From the NCBI GenBank assembly GCA_029366385.1, contig GCA_029366385.1_4540.1: DNA of 64,000 nt. One strand, 5' to 3'. Positions 35,407 to 44,146 of this stretch are shown one piece after another. Each line of letters starts with the position of its first letter. Positions within the stretch are counted from its first letter, which is position 1. This stretch comes from a phage. The notes under the pieces were generated by a model. That model did no database searches. It was not told where the DNA came from and was given only the letters and a program-made list of their open reading frames with translations. Made by a program: the position numbers and the translations under genes.

Positions 35407-36201
35407 TTGAGCAAGTTGAACACACTTGATCAATATTACACTAACCCCGCTTATGCGGGGTTCTTATGTGATAAGATCAAAGAAATTTTTGGAGAGGAAG
35501 CTAACTACGTAGAACCATCTGCGGGAGAAGGAGCTTTCTCTTCTTGTTTTAAAAACATAACTTCTTTTGATATTGACCCTAAGTTTGAAGATTGTATTGA
35601 GGCAGATTTTTTAGCTCAATCTGTTGAGTCTGTTGGTAGTGTAACGGCTTTTGTTGGTAATCCTCCATTCGGAAAAAACGCTAGTCTTGCCATTAAGTTC
35701 TTTAACCATTGTGCTGAAATGCTGGATAACGAAGGTGGTATTTGTTTTATCTTACCTCGCACATTTCAAAAAATCTTTTTTGCACACAAACTAAATCCTT
35801 ATATGCATCTTCTTCACGAAGAAGAGTGTCCCAAAGGATCTTTTATTCTTCATGGAGAACCTTGGGATGTTCCTTGTGTATTCCAAATATGGATTAAACG
35901 CAGCCAGAAGCGTTCTCCCGTTGTTTTAGGAGAGAATCGACTGTTCGTATTAGGTAACAGCAAAGACTACGACATAGCTGTTAGGAGAGCCGGAGCAAGC
36001 GCAGGTAAAGTGCTAACAGAAGAAGATTCTTTATCTGAAGCATCTACCTATTTTTTAAAAGCCTTGACTTCTGATCTTAAAACACGTATCATTGAGGCTT
36101 ACCCGTTACTTAAAACTGAAGCTAGTAAAACTGCGGGAGTAAGAAGTTTAAGTTTAAAAGAACTTCAGTGGGTTCTGGAGAACATTAGAAAGGAGGAATA
36201 G
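35407..36201 (+). CDS. N6-adenine DNA methyltransferase
   Basis: 264 aa, TTG start after TAAGGAGG; LDQYYTNP, VEPSAGEGAF (AdoMet motif I), GNPPF (motif IV). Confidence 0.7.
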   Translation: MSKLNTLDQYYTNPAYAGFLCDKIKEIFGEEANYVEPSAGEGAFSSCFKNITSFDIDPKFEDCIEADFLAQSVESVGSVTAFVGNPPFGKNASLAIKFFNHCAEMLDNEGGICFILPRTFQKIFFAHKLNPYMHLLHEEECPKGSFILHGEPWDVPCVFQIWIKRSQKRSPVVLGENRLFVLGNSKDYDIAVRRAGASAGKVLTEEDSLSEASTYFLKALTSDLKTRIIEAYPLLKTEASKTAGVRSLSLKELQWVLENIRKEE

Positions 36202-38798
36202 TGAGTAAGTTTACATGGGATATTGAAGCAAATGGATTGTTGAATAATGATACTATTGATTATTTAGCTAGTCCTTATCGTCTCAAAGACACATTTCAAA
36301 TGCACTGTATTGTCTTAGAGAACCATGAAACAGGAGAAATAGTAGCTTTCCACGATGGCCCTAAATACATTTTTGATGGTCGTCCTTATGAAGAGTCAGA
36401 TGATAAATATACATATGTTCTTAAAGAATATGTGGCGCAAGATTACACACATTTTCAACTAAAAGATTTCCCAGATTTTATTAATCATGAAGGTTATTTT
36501 AAAGACAAGCCTGAATATTTGGTTGAAATGGCTGTGGCACACAACGGTATCAACTATGACTGGTTGGCTACAAAACTGTTTTATGGATTAGATTACAGTG
36601 TTAAATATAACACGTGGGGTAAAAGCAAGGTAAAACTTATTGACTCCTTAATTTTGAGTAAAGTGTTAAACCCAGATCGAAAGATTGAGGGCAAATCAGG
36701 ACATAGCTTGGCAGCACTTTCTCGAAAGGCAGGCGGGGATGTAAAAATAGATTTCCGTAAAGAGATTCCAGAAGAAGATCGATTTAAGACTTTTGCTGCG
36801 GATATGCTTTATTACTGTATCTATGATAACAAAGCCAACACAAGTGTATATAATTACCTCATGGAAGAATGGGGTGATTATGATAAATGGGAAGGTCCAT
36901 TTGAACTTGAACAACGTGTAGCAGACATTATTACACGCCAGGAACACCGTGGGTTTGCTTTTAACATGAAACAAGCAGAAGAGAACCTTGCTTTTTTGGA
37001 TGCAGAAATGGAGCGTCTTCGTTTACTCGTTGAGCCTATTTTGCCACCTAAACCAGCAACAAAAGGTTATCTTAAAGCTTTTATTCCACCTAAGTTGCAA
37101 ATTAAAAAGAACTTAGAGCCAACTAACCATATGATCAATTTTGCTAAAAAACATGATGGTCATTTGGAAGAGAAGGATGGAGATTGGTGGTTAGTTATGC
37201 TTGGGAAAGAGTGGAAACTGCCAGTTGCAGCAGATGAACCTCTATGTGATCCTAACATCCCTGCAACATTGAACGATACAACCCATATTAAAAACTGGCT
37301 TGTAGGATTAGGTTGGGTACCGTCTGAATATAAAGATAAAGACTTGACTCTTAAATCTGGCACCAAAATTAAAAAGAGCGAGGAAGAACTTCAGAAAGGT
37401 ATTCGAGCTTACGTTGAGCAAACTCTATCTTCTAATTTTTGTCAGGATCGTTGTGATCATCTGGAGTGCACACCGGAAACCTTGGAAAGGAAGATTCAAG
37501 AGCGTATAGCAAAAGGTAAAGGTCGCGGTCTTAAAGTATTGACTAACCCATGTTTTACCAAAGGTCAGGAAAAAGAAATTTGTCCTAACCTGCAAGCTTT
37601 GGGTGAGAAGTTTCCTTATGCTACACAGATTGTAGAATACTTAACGTATAAGCATCGTAGGAACTCTATTTTAGGTGGCGGTGCTGATTGGGAAGAAGAT
37701 GAAGAAGATCAAGAATACGATAAAGGTTTCTTAGCCGCAGTAAGGGCGGATGGTCGTATTCCTACCCCAGCAGCTACATGTGATGCTGCAACCTCTCGTA
37801 TGAAGCATAGGTCTGTAGCTAATATTCCTCGTGTCACATCTTTGTTTGGATGGGAGATGCGTAACTTGTTTGGTGTAGAGGTTCCTAAATACTTCCAGAT
37901 CGGTTATGACTTCGACTCTTTGGAAGCAAAGATTGAGTCGCATTATTGTTGGCGCTACGAACCGGAGCCTCATGAATACTGTAACGCTCTCTTGTTAGAG
38001 AAGCCTAACGATGTTCATACCATGATGGCAAAACGTATTACAGATACTATTGGGCGTAAATTTGAACGTAGTCCGGCGAAATCTGTTAAATACGGGATCA
38101 CTTATGGTGCACAAGCAGACAAGGTTGCTAAAACAATTGGTAGCGATAAATACACAGGGCAACTGGTGTTCGATGCTTTCTGGGAAGCTGCATTCCCACT
38201 GGCGCGTCTTAAAGAACGTTTAAACGATTTCTGGGTTAAGACTGGTAAACAGTATGTTTTGGGTATTGACGGTCGTAAGGTTCCTACTCGTTCTGCTCAC
38301 GCGATTCTTAACTCTCTGTTCCAAAGTGGTGGGGTTATCTGTGCTAAACGTGCAATGGTTATTTATGACGACATGATCGAAGAAGAAGGGCTAAGTGTTG
38401 ACTTCTTTAAAGATGACTGGAAGAATAAAGACTTCGTGCAACAAATGATTGCATACCACGATGAAGCCCAGCTTGAAGTTTCTCGTAACCTTGTAGAATT
38501 CAAATGGTTTTCACCTGAATCATTAGGTTGGAAGAAAGTAGACGATCCTGAAGAACAAAAGAAAATTGATAAAGAATGTCTTGCTAAAGTCGAAGAATGG
38601 AAGCATAATAAGGAAAAAGAGACAGGGCAAATTTGGGCTAACATTCATGAATCTCCCAAAGGTGGATGGTTTACAGCCTATAGTCGGGCAGGTGAACTTG
38701 CTGCTTTAGCTGTTACTAAGGCTGGAGAATTTTACAATCTTAACGTTCAGCTTACTGCCGGATATGATGTGGGTAATTCCTGGGCATCCTGTCATTGA
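36201..38798 (+). CDS. Family A DNA polymerase with 3'-5' exonuclease domain
   Basis: 865 aa, GTG start; Exo I WDIEANGL, motif A DFDSLEAKI, motif B RSPAKSVKYGITYG, motif C YHDE. Confidence 0.9.
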   Translation: MSKFTWDIEANGLLNNDTIDYLASPYRLKDTFQMHCIVLENHETGEIVAFHDGPKYIFDGRPYEESDDKYTYVLKEYVAQDYTHFQLKDFPDFINHEGYFKDKPEYLVEMAVAHNGINYDWLATKLFYGLDYSVKYNTWGKSKVKLIDSLILSKVLNPDRKIEGKSGHSLAALSRKAGGDVKIDFRKEIPEEDRFKTFAADMLYYCIYDNKANTSVYNYLMEEWGDYDKWEGPFELEQRVADIITRQEHRGFAFNMKQAEENLAFLDAEMERLRLLVEPILPPKPATKGYLKAFIPPKLQIKKNLEPTNHMINFAKKHDGHLEEKDGDWWLVMLGKEWKLPVAADEPLCDPNIPATLNDTTHIKNWLVGLGWVPSEYKDKDLTLKSGTKIKKSEEELQKGIRAYVEQTLSSNFCQDRCDHLECTPETLERKIQERIAKGKGRGLKVLTNPCFTKGQEKEICPNLQALGEKFPYATQIVEYLTYKHRRNSILGGGADWEEDEEDQEYDKGFLAAVRADGRIPTPAATCDAATSRMKHRSVANIPRVTSLFGWEMRNLFGVEVPKYFQIGYDFDSLEAKIESHYCWRYEPEPHEYCNALLLEKPNDVHTMMAKRITDTIGRKFERSPAKSVKYGITYGAQADKVAKTIGSDKYTGQLVFDAFWEAAFPLARLKERLNDFWVKTGKQYVLGIDGRKVPTRSAHAILNSLFQSGGVICAKRAMVIYDDMIEEEGLSVDFFKDDWKNKDFVQQMIAYHDEAQLEVSRNLVEFKWFSPESLGWKKVDDPEEQKKIDKECLAKVEEWKHNKEKETGQIWANIHESPKGGWFTAYSRAGELAALAVTKAGEFYNLNVQLTAGYDVGNSWASCH

Positions 38799-38847
38799 TC
38801 TAACATATTGTTTTATAAGGGGCTTCTGCCCCTTTATAGGAGGAGAT

Positions 38848-39039
38848 ATGCATTACGATTTAGATTGTCTTGGTATGCCTTACCTACCAGATGCATTTGA
38901 AGGCGAAGAAGAACGTGAATGGGACGATGGTGATATTCGTTGTTGGTCTTGTGGTAAAGATATGTCTTATGAACAGCATATGCACAACGATGGCTACTGC
39001 ATACATTGCTATAATGAAATTGATCTGGAGGAAGATTAA
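38848..39039 (+). CDS. Hypothetical Cys-containing small protein
   Basis: Track ORF 38764-39039 taken from ATG 38848 after AGGAGGAG. Confidence 0.4.
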   Translation: MHYDLDCLGMPYLPDAFEGEEEREWDDGDIRCWSCGKDMSYEQHMHNDGYCIHCYNEIDLEED

Positions 39040-39206
39040 TGGGAAATGGTATCATGATTTGCTATAAAATTGTGCGTATTGTGGGAGACGAAGTTACCAC
39101 TCGGTATTTTATGATAGAGTCTCAAGCCGATGAGGTTTACAACGACTGGCTTGAAAAAGGTGGATACGATTTTGTATCTAAAGAAACTTTCCGTTTAGAG
39201 GTATAA
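39039..39206 (+). CDS. Small protein (55 aa)
   Basis: Unlisted ORF with ATG overlapping upstream stop; fills the gap before 39217. Confidence 0.35.
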   Translation: MGNGIMICYKIVRIVGDEVTTRYFMIESQADEVYNDWLEKGGYDFVSKETFRLEV

Positions 39207-39216
39207 GGAGAAAACA

Positions 39217-39435
39217 ATGCGTAAACTAGTGAGCTTTAATGTTTCAATTCTTATTGATGAACAAAATGAAGATGTTATTAAAGGTCTTGCAAATAAGATT
39301 GAAGGTGGAATGACGGAAGCAGAAGTATGGGAAGAATGTGCTCGACTTTATGAGGAAGGTGTTATTGAAGTCTTGGGAGATGAGATTAATATGGACGATA
39401 TTGTTAAAGTAACTGTGGAGCGTATCAATGACTAA
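39217..39435 (+). CDS. Hypothetical acidic protein
   Basis: 72-aa ORF. Confidence 0.45.
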   Translation: MRKLVSFNVSILIDEQNEDVIKGLANKIEGGMTEAEVWEECARLYEEGVIEVLGDEINMDDIVKVTVERIND

Positions 39436-40024
39436 ATCAAAACAAATCAATATTGCCAAAGAAATTCTTACCGTATTAAAGATCGCTGATCCTAATTCTG
39501 TCTTGGCTGGCGGTGCTGTTCGTGATTGGCGTATTCTTGATATTGCTGGACGTGATCTGGATTTTTACACGTCTCTTCCTGCACATCGATCAGAAGAGCA
39601 AATACAAGACTTGATTGCATCTGCTTTGATGGGAACTAATATTCGTAAACTAGGAAACAAAGAGGCTTCTGATAACTACGAGGGTGTTACTGGTCTTAAA
39701 CACGTTTTTGAATTTGAACGTGATGGTCAGCTTTGCAACCTTATGATTATGGACCCAAATGTAATGACAACCTTTCTGAATGAGTTTGATCTGTCCATCT
39801 GCCAGGCTGCATTTGATGGAAAGGATTGTTATTACTCTAAAGATTTTGAAACAACTTTGGAAACAGGGATCTGCTTCTTGCACAAAGATGTTAGAGAAGA
39901 TGCCAAACATGTTATTAAAATCGCTACACGTTTTCCATATCTTCGTTTTGTTAAAGAGGTTAAGGTTCCACGTCCACCTCAAGTAGATACCAAATCGGAA
40001 GAAGAAGATGATATTCCTTGGTAA
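39428..40024 (+). CDS. Nucleotidyltransferase (Pol-beta superfamily, CCA-adding/poly(A) polymerase head-like) with SSB-tip-like C-terminus
   Basis: 198 aa; LAGGAVRDWRILDIAGRDLDFY resembles GGAVRD..DxD of tRNA nucleotidyltransferase heads; ends SEEEDDIPW. Confidence 0.5.
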   Translation: MTKSKQINIAKEILTVLKIADPNSVLAGGAVRDWRILDIAGRDLDFYTSLPAHRSEEQIQDLIASALMGTNIRKLGNKEASDNYEGVTGLKHVFEFERDGQLCNLMIMDPNVMTTFLNEFDLSICQAAFDGKDCYYSKDFETTLETGICFLHKDVREDAKHVIKIATRFPYLRFVKEVKVPRPPQVDTKSEEEDDIPW

Positions 40025-40031
40025 TTAAAGC

Positions 40032-40061
40032 TTGACAATATTAAACATTTTATGATAGGAT
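40032..40061 (+). promoter_or_regulatory. Putative promoter (TTGACA, extended -10 TGaTAGGAT)
   Basis: TTGACA 40032-40037, 18-nt spacer, TAGGAT 40056-40061; ATG at 40070 leaves almost no leader. Confidence 0.3.
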
Positions 40062-40069
40062 AGCATTCA

Positions 40070-40462
40070 ATGACTGAACGTTCTAAGATAGCTGTTGAAA
40101 CTGTTTATGGAAACTATACCAGTTTGACACTAGTTGAGAAAAATGTTGTAGGTCTTGACAACTCTTTTTATTTTCAAATTTTGGTTATTCAAGGTGGAAA
40201 CAAGAAGCTAACTGCTCGTGTTGAAACATCTGAAATAATTGAAACCACTGTTACAAACAAAGAATTCATTTCACTGCAAGATACAATCCGAAACGTTATA
40301 GACGAAGAAGGCAAAGCTGCCACAATTAAACTCGGAGGTTTCCCAGTGCAAATAGTTCATTTTCCTAATGGTGAAATTGGAGTTGGAATAGGTAAAGGTA
40401 AATACCTGTTAGAGCAAGATGATATGGAAAGACTCCGCTCTTTCTGTGCAAAATTAATGTAA
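40070..40462 (+). CDS. Hypothetical protein
   Basis: 130-aa ORF, no obvious SD. Confidence 0.5.
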   Translation: MTERSKIAVETVYGNYTSLTLVEKNVVGLDNSFYFQILVIQGGNKKLTARVETSEIIETTVTNKEFISLQDTIRNVIDEEGKAATIKLGGFPVQIVHFPNGEIGVGIGKGKYLLEQDDMERLRSFCAKLM

Positions 40463-40478
40463 TGTAGAGGAGATAATA

Positions 40479-41366
40479 ATGTCCGTAATTAATACTGAAA
40501 CTGATCGTAAAGGCAAAACCGTAACTTATGCAACTGGTATCGTAGACTACGTTAAACTGGATAAATTCGCTGAACCTAAAACTTTTCATTGGGAAGGAAA
40601 AACGATTGTTTCAACTCACCGAGCTTCTCTTGTTCTGAAAGAGAAAGGTGCTAAACCAGATGAGAAAGGTGTTTGGATTTCTCTTGGTGACATTGAACTG
40701 AAAGAAGGTTATGAAAACCTGCAAGTCAAAGAAGGTGATAATTGGATCACTATTGAAAAAGGTGTAGAAGTAAGTATTGATATTGATCGCGTTGATAATA
40801 AAGGCGGTAAGACTTACTACAATACTAAAAAATCTCGTATTACAGTATTGTCTACCGATGGTGTTCAGAAGTCTAACAAATCTTCTGGCAATAAAGGTTC
40901 CAACGATGCTGCTCCTAAGCAGTCCTATAAAAAACGTGATACTGTAGGTCTGGAAACTGGTCACGCAGTAAATGGTGCACTGGAACTGATTCGTAATGGT
41001 GTTAAAGGCGATGCTTTCGATATCGCTGGGGTTGTTCAATCTGCAACTGTCACGCTGAAATCTGAAATTGCTGAATCTCGTGGCGTTGATATTAATGATT
41101 ATGATCTTGGGGCATCTGTTGGTCACGCTATTCTCAATGCTTGTAAAGACCATACCATTAAGACTGTATCTGTAGAAGATCTGATTGACTCTGCTCGTAA
41201 AGTTCTGGCTCTGTCTGATAAAGTTGCTGCTGCCATTCGTGGTTCCGCAGAACAACCTAAGAAAGAAGAGAAGAAAGAAGAGAAGAAACCTGAACCACAA
41301 CCAGAACCAACTCCAAGTAATCAAGAAGAACCTCCAATGGACTTCGACGATGATATCCCATTCTGA
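40479..41366 (+). CDS. SSB-like protein with enterobacterial SSB C-terminal tip
   Basis: 295 aa; last 12 residues EPPMDFDDDIPF match my recollection of the E. coli SSB C-terminus; Lys/Glu-rich linker; biased codon usage. Confidence 0.5.
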   Translation: MSVINTETDRKGKTVTYATGIVDYVKLDKFAEPKTFHWEGKTIVSTHRASLVLKEKGAKPDEKGVWISLGDIELKEGYENLQVKEGDNWITIEKGVEVSIDIDRVDNKGGKTYYNTKKSRITVLSTDGVQKSNKSSGNKGSNDAAPKQSYKKRDTVGLETGHAVNGALELIRNGVKGDAFDIAGVVQSATVTLKSEIAESRGVDINDYDLGASVGHAILNACKDHTIKTVSVEDLIDSARKVLALSDKVAAAIRGSAEQPKKEEKKEEKKPEPQPEPTPSNQEEPPMDFDDDIPF

Positions 41367-41398
41367 TCTTATTGATTTATAAAGAGTCTTTATAAAAG

Positions 41399-41430
41399 AA
41401 AAGGGAACCTTTGCGGGTTCCCTTTTTTAT
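41399..41430. terminator. Strong bidirectional rho-independent terminator between convergent blocks
   Basis: Stem AAAGGGAACC / GGTTCCCTTT, then TTTTTT on + strand and A-run (T-run on - strand) on the other side. Confidence 0.6.
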
Positions 41431-44105
41431 TAGTCGTAATATTTCAAACCTGTAATGAACTTCGATCCCCAATCCGCACTTGCGGCGGTGAACGTCAACA
41501 TCCAAGTTGTAGCTGTACCAGTGAAGACCTCTCGTTGCACAGTACCATCAGTGTGGTAAATGTCCACGCCAGTATGTCCATTCTTAGGAATAGTGAAGGT
41601 AACAGCACTGGTAGTGTCTCGTGCATAAGAACAAACAAATGGTGTCCCCGCCCAAACTGGATTTGTCATATCACCCATCTCAAGCTGTGGAACCCAAGCA
41701 ATAAGACCTGCCGTACCATCTCCTGCAAAAGTGTCTGATCCACTTGCATTCAAAGCTATAATCTCATAGGTTATAGATGCTTGTTTGGCAACTGTCACTT
41801 TGTGTAGAATTACACGATACCAACCATTCCCCATATTGATTATGTTTGCATCTGCACCTGTAAATGTTCCAGCTACAAGATCATAAGTCCCTTCGTTAAT
41901 CTCATCTCCTGAAGTCAATTTGAGTTTCACTTTAGTGATCCCATCTGGCTTCAAGAATACGGATGCCGCCCAGTGCTTACCTGCTGTAATATCAGAAGCT
42001 GTATTCACTGCTGATAAAATATGTTGTCCTGAAGTTGTAGAAGGTGTTAACTTGTAAGTGTTAGCTGTAGTTCCAACCGGAGAGTTGATTGTTGATGCTG
42101 TGACTGTCAAGTTCGTCTTCAACCACGGGGAAGCTGTTGTCAAGTTATTGTTGATAAAGATATGTGTACGGTTGGCTGCTACAACACGTCTACCTTGTGG
42201 AGTTGTACCAACATATTCTAAAGGTGCTACGGGAGCAGAACTCTCTGTAGGTACAAGGATATCTCCAGAAGCCCTGGCATAACGGTTACTCCTGTTGACC
42301 TTTACATCCGCCGGAATAGTTTCTTGCGTCAAATCATAGTCCATCACAATCACCACAGCATTCACTGTGAGATAAGAACTATCTTCGGCAGTTACCACAC
42401 CTTGATAAGTTGCTCTACAACCGATACGACAACCTCCATCAGCAACCGCTGTAATAACGCCTGTAACGGGGTCAACTGTTGCTACCGTAGGGTCATTAGA
42501 GAAATACTCAACAACCATACCAGGTAAGCTTGCTGCTCCTGTTGGCGTTATTTCTGCTACCATTGTTTGTGTTGTTCCTACATCCATCGCAGATAAGCTA
42601 GGGGTGTAAACACTCAATGTTGAAGCATATCCTCCAGAGGTATCTGATAAAGTTGTTCCTTCAGCATTTAAGGCTGTCATACCTGCATCAAAACCACCTT
42701 CTGCATGGAAAGTCATTAAACCAGTAGATGATATTGTCATGTTTGCAGGGGCAGAAGAAGTGTATTTAATATTGAAAAGTTTACCTCCTTCTGGGCTAAC
42801 AGAATGTGTCAACTGTTTAGTTCCACCTACAATACAAATTCCTAAAGAATCTGTAGTTAAACCAGTTGCCAGAATATCACCCGTAATCACGGAGCTTGCT
42901 ATTGGTGTGAATTTATTATAGTTTAGACCACTATTGAACAGATACGAGGCTTTCCCATCTTTCCAAATACCGGAATAATACATATCTCCATTATAAACGA
43001 AAAAGGTTCCTTGATAACCTAATTGGTTAGTAACATCCATATTCAGCGTATGAACGCTTGTGAGCTTGTTTATATCCCAAGAACCCACTCCTTCAGGTTT
43101 AACTGGTTTTCCCACTTGAAGTGGATCTCCGCTCGCAGAATCATACCCCAAACCTAAGTTTGCAGTGTAGTTCTTACCAATAGCCCACAAGGAATTATTG
43201 ATCCCAACGAAAAAAGAGTGGCGGCTTGGTGGAAACTTCCATGTTGAGAAACCTGCTGCAAAGGTATCCAGTTTAGTGTAGGTTGTTTCTGTATTAGACC
43301 TAACATATAAGTAGTTTACTGTACCCGTGCCACCGGAGGTATCTCCTACAACTATTGTCTGGGAAACTGTATTGATGTAATCTTTGACATACACTGTTTC
43401 AGTAGCTGATATCTTGGCATTGACAAAAGCTGTTGTTGTGTTATTATTACCTGCTAAACCTTTACTGGCTCCACAAACACGCAAGGTTCCCGCATTATTG
43501 ACATAAGAGCATTGGTTGTAACCTGCATCAAAAGCAACTGCTGAACTTGTTATCTGACGAGGAGTAGAAACTTCGTTAGTAGTACTTGCACCTAAACTGC
43601 CTACTGTGTTTTGACCAGATCCGTAAAGAACACCACTATTCATTAACCAGAGAGTGTTGTTATATCCTCCCTTAACTTCTTTAAGATTGGCTAAAGAGAT
43701 AGTTCCCGTTATTACAGATGGAAAGCTGGTCCAAGTGGTTACACATGCATCCGTACCACCTGCTGCTATAGATCCTACTAATCCTGCTGTCAATCCTGAA
43801 TATTGCCATCCCCCACTGTTAGTTTTAATAACAAAACAACGATCTGCGGTAAACACATCCGCTACTACAGTAGAAGCCAAGTGGAAATTATTGAATCGTG
43901 CACTACGAGTTCCATCTGCAATCTCACCAAAAAGGTTTGCGCCTTGAGTAAACAATCTACCATCATTAAGCAAAATTGCTAAACTGCTGTTAGAATTACC
44001 AGCATTATCTGGGTAATCTAAAGTGATTACTTTTTTAACAATACCCGCTGGCAGAGGAACGACACCAGTGCTGGTCATAATAGTAAATATTGGAATTGGA
44101 AACAT
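41430..44105 (-). CDS. Tail fibre / receptor-binding protein with Ig-like (Big_2-type) segment
   Basis: 891 aa; Ser/Thr/Gly/Asn-rich; TTQTMVAEITPTGAAS..VEYFSNDPTVATVDPVTGVITAVADG resembles a bacterial Ig-like domain. Confidence 0.55.
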   Translation of the reverse strand: MFPIPIFTIMTSTGVVPLPAGIVKKVITLDYPDNAGNSNSSLAILLNDGRLFTQGANLFGEIADGTRSARFNNFHLASTVVADVFTADRCFVIKTNSGGWQYSGLTAGLVGSIAAGGTDACVTTWTSFPSVITGTISLANLKEVKGGYNNTLWLMNSGVLYGSGQNTVGSLGASTTNEVSTPRQITSSAVAFDAGYNQCSYVNNAGTLRVCGASKGLAGNNNTTTAFVNAKISATETVYVKDYINTVSQTIVVGDTSGGTGTVNYLYVRSNTETTYTKLDTFAAGFSTWKFPPSRHSFFVGINNSLWAIGKNYTANLGLGYDSASGDPLQVGKPVKPEGVGSWDINKLTSVHTLNMDVTNQLGYQGTFFVYNGDMYYSGIWKDGKASYLFNSGLNYNKFTPIASSVITGDILATGLTTDSLGICIVGGTKQLTHSVSPEGGKLFNIKYTSSAPANMTISSTGLMTFHAEGGFDAGMTALNAEGTTLSDTSGGYASTLSVYTPSLSAMDVGTTQTMVAEITPTGAASLPGMVVEYFSNDPTVATVDPVTGVITAVADGGCRIGCRATYQGVVTAEDSSYLTVNAVVIVMDYDLTQETIPADVKVNRSNRYARASGDILVPTESSAPVAPLEYVGTTPQGRRVVAANRTHIFINNNLTTASPWLKTNLTVTASTINSPVGTTANTYKLTPSTTSGQHILSAVNTASDITAGKHWAASVFLKPDGITKVKLKLTSGDEINEGTYDLVAGTFTGADANIINMGNGWYRVILHKVTVAKQASITYEIIALNASGSDTFAGDGTAGLIAWVPQLEMGDMTNPVWAGTPFVCSYARDTTSAVTFTIPKNGHTGVDIYHTDGTVQREVFTGTATTWMLTFTAASADWGSKFITGLKYYD

Positions 44106-44118
44106 TTAAACCCTCCAT

Positions 44119-44143
44119 AAAAAGAAAGCCCCTTTCGGGGCTT
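44119..44143 (-). terminator. Rho-independent terminator (GAAA loop on - strand)
   Basis: On - strand: stem AAGCCCC / GGGGCTT, loop GAAA, then TCTTTTT; follows stop of 44147-46171. Confidence 0.5.
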
Positions 44144-44146
44144 CTG

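Noticed and set aside
38817-38835. Terminator after the DNA polymerase gene
   Set aside because: Hairpin is imperfect (4-6 bp with a bulge) and abuts the RBS of the next gene, so it is not listed as a feature.
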